From: an archaeon
GTDB taxonomy: Archaea; Iainarchaeota; Iainarchaeia; Iainarchaeales; CSSED10-239
Direction of reading: 5' to 3'
DNA length: 32,000 bases
Assembly (NCBI GenBank): GCA_035390665.1
Contig: DAOOUC010000004.1
Coordinates: 46,702 to 78,701 of the forward strand
Made by a program: the position numbers and the translations under genes. Positions 26,399-32,000 of the stretch are shown piece by piece (position 1 is the first letter of the stretch; each line of letters opens with the position of its first letter). The notes under the pieces are model-generated. The model was not told the origin of the DNA. It saw nothing but the letters and a program-made list of their open reading frames with translations, and searched no databases.

Positions 26399-26483
26399 TG
26401 TACCTGAGAGCACTACTGTGAGTGTCGCAACCCTAGTCTATCCCTTCAGATTTGACTGAACGAATTCGCTAGCAACAGGCACA
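26393..26483 (-). ncRNA. Unclassified small structured RNA candidate (~90 nt)
   Basis: About half G+C by hand count, in a window that is otherwise strongly AT-rich, with no plausible ORF. On the minus strand it is preceded by AGAAAACA-TTTAAATA (BRE/TATA) at the canonical distance and followed by UUAUUU. The ends pair as an 8-bp helix UGUGCCUG/CAGGUACA. The G-U in that helix would be an A-C mismatch on the plus strand, which supports minus-strand orientation. Internal hairpins are UUCAG-UCAAAU-CUGAA and CACU-CACAGU-AGUG. Confidence 0.4.
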
Positions 26484-26504
26484 TATATATTATGGGTAAA
26501 GACA

Positions 26505-26518
26505 TATTTAAATGTTTT
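26505..26518 (-). promoter_or_regulatory. Putative BRE plus TATA box (AAAACA-TTTAAATA) for the orphan RNA
   Basis: The reverse complement of 26505..26512 is TTTAAATA. It ends about 22 nt upstream of the first base of the terminal helix (26483), with a purine-rich AGAAAACA immediately upstream. Confidence 0.4.
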
Positions 26519-26618
26519 CTTTGATTTTTTTGTGAAATTGATAAATAGTTAATAAATATTTCAATATCACAAAAACTAAAAAAACATAACAAAAGAAAAG
26601 CTTTCGCAGATAACATCG

Positions 26619-26625
26619 AAATAAA
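26619..26625 (-). terminator. Oligo-T (TTTATTT) possible terminator of the tRNA-Ser transcript
   Basis: This is the first T-rich run downstream of the tRNA 3' end on the minus strand, about 50 nt after it, directly following the GGCTCGCGCGCA element. Confidence 0.3.
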
Positions 26626-26673
26626 TTGCGCGCGAGCCAATTATAGTTTTTCTTTTGGGGGGAATGGGCTTTA

Positions 26674-26762
26674 CGCAAGGGATGGGATTTGAACCCATGT
26701 GTGGTATTACCCACATCTAGTTTTCGAGACTAGCACCTTCAACCAGACTCAGTCACCCTTGC
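26674..26762 (-). tRNA. tRNA-Ser (anticodon CGA), class II, no encoded CCA
   Basis: Reverse complement: GCAAGGGTGACTGAGTCTGGTTGAAGGTGCTAGTCTCGAAAACTAGATGTGGGTAATACCACACATGGGTTCAAATCCCATCCCTTGCG. Acceptor stem is 7 bp (GCAAGGG/CCCTTGC). Anticodon stem is CTAGT/ACTAG with loop CTCGAAA. The long variable arm has a 5-bp stem. T arm is ATGGG-TTCAAAT-CCCAT, and the discriminator is G. Confidence 0.9.
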
Positions 26763-27088
26763 TTATACAAGTAGTCGTTAATAACTTTTAATAGGTCTGT
26801 TAGCATAGTTTTTGCAACTTTTTCTTGAGTTGTGTCTCTTATTATTATTTTTAAAGAACTAAATATTGTTATTGTTCCTTTTTTTGTTTTTAGAACAATT
26901 AAAAATGGAGAGTTATCTTTTTCTATAAAATAATTCTTTGCTCTTAAAGTCATTAATAATTTCTCTAAATCAATCTTTGTTGATTTCTTTGGATAAAATT
27001 CAAAACCAGGTGTTGCTTTACAACTATCTAAAATAAAAGAATCAACTGTAAGATTTTTATCTTCTTTTTTATTAAGTAGGTTTAACAT
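26753..27088 (-). CDS. Small protein with a TBP-repeat-like strand-strand-helix core, unknown function; partner of the upstream ATPase
   Basis: 111 aa from the ATG at 27088, or 115 aa from the GTG at 27100, which lies 3 nt after the ATPase stop. The core KKGTITIFSSLKIIIRDTTQEKVAKTMLTDLLKVI resembles by eye the TBP repeat unit (..LLLFKNGNIIISGASSEKDIKTAIKKASKII). Its last 10 nt, including the TGA, lie inside tRNA-Ser. Confidence 0.5.
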   Translation of the reverse strand: MLNLLNKKEDKNLTVDSFILDSCKATPGFEFYPKKSTKIDLEKLLMTLRAKNYFIEKDNSPFLIVLKTKKGTITIFSSLKIIIRDTTQEKVAKTMLTDLLKVINDYLYKQG

Positions 27089-27103
27089 ATGATTTTTCAC
27101 TTT

Positions 27104-29749
27104 TTATGCATCAATGATTTGACCAAGAACTGCATCAATAAGAATTGTTCTGTCATTTGCTCTTTTGTCTCTTGAGGTTATATCCCAGATTGGCCAATAT
27201 ATTTTTTCTATATTTTCTATTTCTATGTTTTGCCATAATTTTTCTAGTCTTTTAACTGTCTCTTCCTCAGGGATGTCTTTATCAATATCTGTTTTAGAAA
27301 TTAATTGTTTTCTTAGTGGCAAATTATCTACAGAAGAAAGAATTGTATATCTTGGAGAGAATGGCAAATCTATTCCTCTCTTAATTCTAAATTTTTCTTC
27401 CTTGTTTATTATTGAAACATCTACTATGTCTTTATTAACTAAAGATACTAAATCTTCCTTTACTTCTTGCTCTGAAGCATTTAATATCTGTGAGAGTTCT
27501 TTTGGTGTAATCCACCTTTCAAGATTATCTAACAGAACAATGTCATCTGTTGAGATATCTTCAACAATATCAAGGCCTGTTGATTCTTTAAAAATTCCAT
27601 CATAATGTAAGAATTCTCCAGTAACTGAATCCACATAACAACAAGACTTTGTGTAATTTTCTTCATCATCAAAAATATTATAATTGATTTTATAGATTTC
27701 TCTATAAAGTAATTTTATTTCAGAAATAAACTCTTCTTCTTTTAAAAATATTAATTTTTTCTTATTTGTTCTGCTTGCTATATTAATTGCAATTTCTCTT
27801 GAGATTCTTGAAGGAAGTATTGGAACTGTTTCTGGTTCTATTGTTTCTGGAGTTATTGCTGTCTCTAGTTGTTCTCCTTGCTCTTCAACTAAATTAGAAT
27901 ACTCAATTGCTTGATTAATATTTTGTACTTCTTCTTTAGAAATTTCTGCTTTTTGTTTTTTTTCTGCAAATAATAATATTTTTTCTTTTTCAACAATCCC
28001 CATCTTACTTAAAGAAACAAGTAATTCGTCAAAAGTTACTTCGCTATTATATTTCGAATTAACAACATCAAGAATATCTTTTGCATCACTTACTTTTAAA
28101 GTTTTTGAAGAAAGTAATTTCTTATAAATCATGTCTGAAGAAAAGTTAATTATTTCTTTTTTAGAAAGCTTTGGAACTTCTCTTATAGTTTCTGCATCTC
28201 TTCCTTCGTGTTGACTTAATCTTGGTTTAATCTTTAGAATAAACGCTCTTTTTGTTTCTTCGCCACGATCACCAGTTAGAGCAACACCCACAGGTAAAGT
28301 CTTTATGAAGTTTGGATCTTTATAAACGTCAGGAATAATTGCAGGCATTCTTTTCTGGACTGCGTGAATATCATCATTAAATACAAGCTTATGGCTTAAG
28401 AAGATATCAACCTGAGACAATACCTTAGAATTGATTGCTGATGGTTGTTGAGTTGCAAGAACCATAGAACATCCTGGTCTTCTTCCTTGCTTAACGTATT
28501 CTATGATGGCATTAGTTGCTGGAGTTATGGTGTTACCTGAAGGAATCAATGTGTGAGCTTCATCAATATACACCCATGTTGGTGGAATTGAAATCTCAAG
28601 TAACTCATCTGGGCTCTCTGAAGTTGAATCAAACTTTTTAATTGCATCTTGCCTTGTTACTAGTTTTCTTGCTGCTAGTATTCTTCTTGCTAATATTCCA
28701 ATGACAAGAGCAGTAATATTATCATCTAAAAAACTTGTATCAAGAATTGTTAGTTGCTTTTCTTTTGATAATTTTGATAATGGAGTCCCATGATCACTAA
28801 ATATTCCCCAGGACTTTGCAGCTTCAAATCTTGAAACTAAAGCTCTAATTGAATCTTGCTTATAGCCTGATGATGATGACTTAAATTCATAAGCATTTTG
28901 CAAGCAATAAATAATATCTTCTAAAGTGTAAAGATTTCCTTTAGCTGGAATTTGTTCTATCTCTATTTCTTCATTAGTTGGGTCTCCGGCCTTATATCCG
29001 TGTTTTACAAAAGATAGTGTTTTCTCAAGAAGTAAACCAGTTGGATTAAATCTATCAATTCCAAAAGTTAGACACCAATCTTCAGCTAGAAGCATTGAAG
29101 GATACATTGAGAATGTTTCATCAAAGGTTTCTTTAGAAACTTTACCTACAACTCCTTCTGGAACAAAAACTTTTAGATTGTTTAAACCTTTAGGTGCTAG
29201 TCCCCAATTTGCAAGATCCTCTATTTCTTTCTTTTCTTGGTTTGGGTATTTCATGGACCAAAAGACACCTACTGGATCAACAACAACTTGACCAATATAA
29301 GGGTTGTTGACAGCTAACTCTTCAGCAATTACACCAAGGCCATAACTTTTTCCTGAACCTCTTGAACCGTCTATAAAAACTACGTGGGGGTTTAAGCCAT
29401 CAAGATAAACCTTTTTATCCCTTTGATCGTCTTCAAAAACTTTTCCTAAGAATGCACAAGATCTTGAACCATGTTCTTTCAGAACAGATTTTTTTCTTCC
29501 AATATAGACTATTTCAGAATCCTCTGGATCTGTCAAAAACTCTAGTTTTGGAGTAATCTCTTTGAGCCGGTTTCGCTCGGACTCGCGCGCAGTGATATTT
29601 TCTTTCTTTTTTATTTCTGACTTTTTTGGTTTTTCTAAATCTTCAGGGTTAAGGGTTGGAAGTTCTGTCTGATAGATACTTTCATCATTTTCGATTTTAT
29701 CAAAAGGATTGATACCATCACTTTTAGATTTTTCAACAGCCATAACCAT
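27104..29749 (-). CDS. HerA/FtsK-superfamily (DUF87-type) P-loop ATPase with ~350-aa non-canonical C-terminal extension containing an HTH-like segment
   Basis: Walker A GSRGSGKS (29345..29368), Walker B WVYIDEAH, and the family-typical ATQQPSAINSKVLSQVDIFLSHKL. The track start is a TTG at 29752; an ATG follows at 29749. The C-terminal part has an acidic linker and two modules ending VDSVTGEF and IDAVLGQI. These flank ITPKELSQILNASEQEVKEDLVSLVNKDIV. Confidence 0.8.
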   Translation of the reverse strand: MVMAVEKSKSDGINPFDKIENDESIYQTELPTLNPEDLEKPKKSEIKKKENITARESERNRLKEITPKLEFLTDPEDSEIVYIGRKKSVLKEHGSRSCAFLGKVFEDDQRDKKVYLDGLNPHVVFIDGSRGSGKSYGLGVIAEELAVNNPYIGQVVVDPVGVFWSMKYPNQEKKEIEDLANWGLAPKGLNNLKVFVPEGVVGKVSKETFDETFSMYPSMLLAEDWCLTFGIDRFNPTGLLLEKTLSFVKHGYKAGDPTNEEIEIEQIPAKGNLYTLEDIIYCLQNAYEFKSSSSGYKQDSIRALVSRFEAAKSWGIFSDHGTPLSKLSKEKQLTILDTSFLDDNITALVIGILARRILAARKLVTRQDAIKKFDSTSESPDELLEISIPPTWVYIDEAHTLIPSGNTITPATNAIIEYVKQGRRPGCSMVLATQQPSAINSKVLSQVDIFLSHKLVFNDDIHAVQKRMPAIIPDVYKDPNFIKTLPVGVALTGDRGEETKRAFILKIKPRLSQHEGRDAETIREVPKLSKKEIINFSSDMIYKKLLSSKTLKVSDAKDILDVVNSKYNSEVTFDELLVSLSKMGIVEKEKILLFAEKKQKAEISKEEVQNINQAIEYSNLVEEQGEQLETAITPETIEPETVPILPSRISREIAINIASRTNKKKLIFLKEEEFISEIKLLYREIYKINYNIFDDEENYTKSCCYVDSVTGEFLHYDGIFKESTGLDIVEDISTDDIVLLDNLERWITPKELSQILNASEQEVKEDLVSLVNKDIVDVSIINKEEKFRIKRGIDLPFSPRYTILSSVDNLPLRKQLISKTDIDKDIPEEETVKRLEKLWQNIEIENIEKIYWPIWDITSRDKRANDRTILIDAVLGQIIDA

Positions 29750-29826
29750 CAATAAATATATTTTAGATAATATTATAAGAAACTAAAGAAATATAATATA
29801 TTAGGGTTTTTAAAGATAACTGGAAA

Positions 29827-30657
29827 CTATATAGTGATACTTTTATTTACAAATAAAGTTGGATGAGTAATATTTTGGTCTATTGTTTTTGTATTTAATG
29901 CATTAATCCGTTTTATAGTAAGATCTAAATATTTCTTATCTAAATCGATACCAATATATTTCCTAGAATACATGCGTGACACTAAGCCCGTTGTTCCTGA
30001 ACCATTAAATGGATCTAATACTGTGTCTCCTTTATCTGTTGTTGAAAGTATTATTCGTTTAAGTAATTCTAGGGGTTTTTGAGTTGGATGCTTTCCTAAT
30101 TTTTTTTCTTGCTGTGGGGTTAAAGGTATATTCCAAACACTTCTCATTTGTTTTCCAGATTCACTTATTTTATCATCCCATTTTTTCATAAGTTCATAAT
30201 TAAATTTGTGTTTTGATTCTTTTTCTTTTCTTGCCCAGATTAATGTTTCGTGACTATGTGTAAAATATCTACAACTTAAATTTGGAGGCGCATTAGGTTT
30301 ATACCAACAAATTTCATTAAGTATTTGATAATTTTGCATTTGTAATGCATAACCAACTTGATAAATATTGTGCATCGTTCCAGAAATCCAAATGCTGCCG
30401 GTATTTTTTAGAACTCTTCTACATTCAGATAACCAGCTAAAGGTAAATTCAAAATCTTTATTCATACCGTTTGATTTATCCCAATCAGCTTTATTTACTG
30501 ACACCATTTTTCCTGCTCTACAAGAAATACCCCCATTAGATAAAAAATAGGGCGGGTCTGCAAAAATTAGATCCACTGAATTGTCTGGTATTTCTTTTAA
30601 AATATCTAAACAATCCCCTTGATAGAGATTGAAATCTAGAGAATTATAGTGTTTCAT
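29827..30657 (-). CDS. Beta-class N6-adenine/N4-cytosine DNA methyltransferase (R-M)
   Basis: Motif IV DLIFADPPYF lies near the N-terminus and motif I VLDPFNGSGTTG near the C-terminus, which is the beta-class order. The track ORF begins at a TTG (30714) abutting the nuclease stop. I prefer the ATG at 30657 (MKHYNSLDFNLYQGDC...). Confidence 0.85.
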   Translation of the reverse strand: MKHYNSLDFNLYQGDCLDILKEIPDNSVDLIFADPPYFLSNGGISCRAGKMVSVNKADWDKSNGMNKDFEFTFSWLSECRRVLKNTGSIWISGTMHNIYQVGYALQMQNYQILNEICWYKPNAPPNLSCRYFTHSHETLIWARKEKESKHKFNYELMKKWDDKISESGKQMRSVWNIPLTPQQEKKLGKHPTQKPLELLKRIILSTTDKGDTVLDPFNGSGTTGLVSRMYSRKYIGIDLDKKYLDLTIKRINALNTKTIDQNITHPTLFVNKSITI

Positions 30658-30714
30658 AAAATATATAGTATATTTATTATTTATATACCTTTCTAGGGTA
30701 GATGTCCAGTGCAA

Positions 30715-31236
30715 TTAAGGATTTGGTAATCCTAAAAAGTCTAAAGGTATTTCATTAAAGAAATAATAACAATTTACTGATTTTATGTAATCTAAAACAT
30801 CTTTGTATTCTTGTTTTTTAAACCAGTCGTTTAGAACATAACAATATTTTACTTTTATATTTAACGGCTTAAATAATTTATTATATTGTTTATTTTTGAA
30901 ATCACAAGTTTGTAATTTTTCATCTACTGATCCTGAAACTTCTTGAAATTTTATTTCAATAATAAATAAAGTGTTTTCCTTCATAACAAAAATCGCATCA
31001 TCTGGTAATAATTTTTTAGAGATGTAATTTAGATAATTTATGCCTTTTGGTTCTAAAAAGTTTTTATAAATTTTATTTTTTTGATAAAATGTCGCTATTT
31101 TTTTATTATCAAAAAACACGTCTTCTCCTTTAATTTCATACCTTTTCATTCCGGAAAATATTTGCTTTAAAGAGATTCTTTCTTCAAATCTTAATCCTGT
31201 TATAGTCCTTCCGCCACCAACGCCACTTTTTATCAT
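30715..31236 (-). CDS. Putative type II restriction endonuclease, PD-(D/E)xK fold (173 aa)
   Basis: LPDDAIFVMKENTLFIIEIKFQ supplies a PD...ExK catalytic pattern. The gene is sandwiched between two DNA MTase genes, with the SD AAGGTGAT before its ATG. No family-level recognition. Confidence 0.5.
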   Translation of the reverse strand: MIKSGVGGGRTITGLRFEERISLKQIFSGMKRYEIKGEDVFFDNKKIATFYQKNKIYKNFLEPKGINYLNYISKKLLPDDAIFVMKENTLFIIEIKFQEVSGSVDEKLQTCDFKNKQYNKLFKPLNIKVKYCYVLNDWFKKQEYKDVLDYIKSVNCYYFFNEIPLDFLGLPNP

Positions 31237-31246
31237 TTTATCACCT

Positions 31247-32000
31247 TTAATAATTTTTTATCAAAACTTCTTTTATATTGTTTCTTTTAGCACCATCACA
31301 GTTTATCATTCTTTTTGCAGATATTTCTTTTATTTTATAATTTTTATAAAGATTTTTTATAAAATCAGTAGAACTATTACTTTCTAGTACAAAACACCCT
31401 TTTTTATCTAATGCTCCATAAACTTCTTTTAATCTCATTTGATCTTTTCTTGTAAAATTGTTACTAGTATAACTAACAAAACTATTTTCGGTTATTTGAT
31501 CATAAGGTGGATCAAAATATATAAAATCTTTTATTTTTGCTAAATGCAATGTATCCTCAAAAGGCATAACTTTTAATTCTACATTTTGCAATAATATAGA
31601 GGTTTCGATTATATTTTTTTTATTAAATATCTCTGGATTTTTATATCTACCTATTGGAACATTAAACTTATTGTCTTTGTTTACACGATAAAGACCATTA
31701 AAACAAGTCTTATTTAAATAAATAAATCTGGCTGCTTTTTCTACTTCTCCTAAATGTATATTAGAATCACTTAGTGTAATTCCCATTCTTTGTGTAGCTG
31801 TTGTTTCTAAACCTCTAACTGTATAATAAAATTCTGAGGAGTGTTGTGATTTATAATATTCTAATTCTTTAATCAATTTCTCTGGTTTTGTTTTAATAAT
31901 ATTATAGGTATCTATTAATTCCACGTTAATATCAGATGCAATTACTTTTTTTGGATTATAATTTTCTAAAATATAGAATAATAAAGCTCCACCACCAAGA
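31247..32000 (-). CDS. Alpha-class (Dam-like, D12) N6-adenine DNA methyltransferase, N-terminus cut by window edge
   Basis: The track starts at an internal GTG (31924), but the frame stays open to 32000. Hand translation of 31925..31999 gives LGGGALLFYILENYNPKKVIASDIN, which is SAM motif I plus the ADIN-like motif of Dam. Motif IV FIYFDPPY lies in the C-terminal half, which is the alpha-class order. Confidence 0.85.
   Translation of the reverse strand, partial: LGGGALLFYILENYNPKKVIASDINVELIDTYNIIKTKPEKLIKELEYYKSQHSSEFYYTVRGLETTATQRMGITLSDSNIHLGEVEKAARFIYLNKTCFNGLYRVNKDNKFNVPIGRYKNPEIFNKKNIIETSILLQNVELKVMPFEDTLHLAKIKDFIYFDPPYDQITENSFVSYTSNNFTRKDQMRLKEVYGALDKKGCFVLESNSSTDFIKNLYKNYKIKEISAKRMINCDGAKRNNIKEVLIKNY

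Noticed and set aside
26462-26473. Adjacent GAATTC and GCTAGC palindromes (EcoRI and NheI sites), which might suggest cloning-vector contamination.
   Set aside because: The surrounding sequence has native-looking archaeal promoter and terminator signals and no other polylinker or vector features. Two 6-mers are compatible with chance in a GC-richer RNA gene.
26393-26483. Orphan RNA interpreted as a tRNA (including tRNA-Sec, because the first hairpin loop contains UCA), a split-tRNA half, a C/D box sRNA or an H/ACA sRNA.
   Set aside because: The acceptor-like 7-8 bp helix exists, but there is no D arm or T arm (no GTTCRA loop). The candidate anticodon loop has 6 nt. The second hairpin is 4 nt away from the terminal helix. 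No RUGAUGA C box is present. An ACA follows the terminal helix, but I could not build a pocket with the required ~14-15 nt geometry.
26483-26660. AT-rich ORF-free stretch flanked by GC-rich elements and a G-string (GGGGGG at 26657..26662), considered as a replication origin with ORB-like boxes.
   Set aside because: I found no repeated ORB or mini-ORB dyads and no adjacent orc1/cdc6. The flanking GC-rich elements are better explained as the RNA gene, the tRNA and the tRNA trailer.
26655-26690. GGGAATGGGCTTT just downstream of the tRNA resembles GGGATGGGATTT in the tRNA 3' half, possibly an att-site duplication.
   Set aside because: It is only about 11 nt of imperfect similarity and is directly adjacent rather than at a distance. 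No integrase is present. This is too weak to call.
26446-26714. Minus-strand ORFs 26446..26640 and 26508..26714.
   Set aside because: They run through the tRNA-Ser gene, its trailer and the promoter and 5' part of the orphan RNA. They have no SD and their translations look like nonsense.
26753-32000. Calling the whole ATPase plus R-M block a mobile element or integrated provirus.
   Set aside because: The visible part contains no integrase, transposase, capsid or conjugation genes and no terminal direct repeats. Its composition is as AT-rich as the rest of the window. Only the tRNA adjacency and the accessory gene content support mobility.

Overview
This is a very AT-rich, gene-dense archaeal chromosome segment, mostly coded on the minus strand. 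Archaeal markers include TBP, Spt5, SecE, eL21, Rpo4, a family-B DNA polymerase and AglB. Short spacers, ATGA start/stop overlaps, GGTGAT-type Shine-Dalgarno sites and AMP-salvage enzymes suggest a small-genome DPANN-type archaeon, but that is inference only.

Positions 1-26.4 kb are largely housekeeping:
- map, and the ftsZ-secE-spt5-rpl11 block
- a ribose-1,5-bisphosphate-isomerase-like gene
- polB and an Nre-like repair gene, both ending in PIP boxes
- the aglH-like/aglB N-glycosylation pair
- a stand-alone 5S rRNA next to tbp
- the rpl21e-rpo4-DUF655-ksgA block
- AMP phosphorylase, thioredoxin and uppP
- several secreted or tail-anchored surface proteins

A 1061-aa lectin-like protein carries an archaeal type IV pilin-type signal and a recent 1.23-kb internal tandem duplication.

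The most unusual region is 26.4-32 kb. It contains:
- an orphan GC-rich ~90-nt RNA candidate with its own BRE/TATA promoter
- tRNA-Ser(CGA), overlapped by the stop codon of a small CDS
- a HerA/FtsK-superfamily ATPase with a long HTH-bearing C-terminal extension, plus a small TBP-fold-like partner
- a codon-atypical GC patch in that ATPase gene, complementary to the tRNA trailer
- a three-gene R-M cassette (Dam-like alpha MTase, 173-aa PD-(D/E)xK nuclease, beta-class MTase)

I saw no CRISPR array, transposase or integrase. All calls rest on reading the translations and sequence by eye; no database search was possible.
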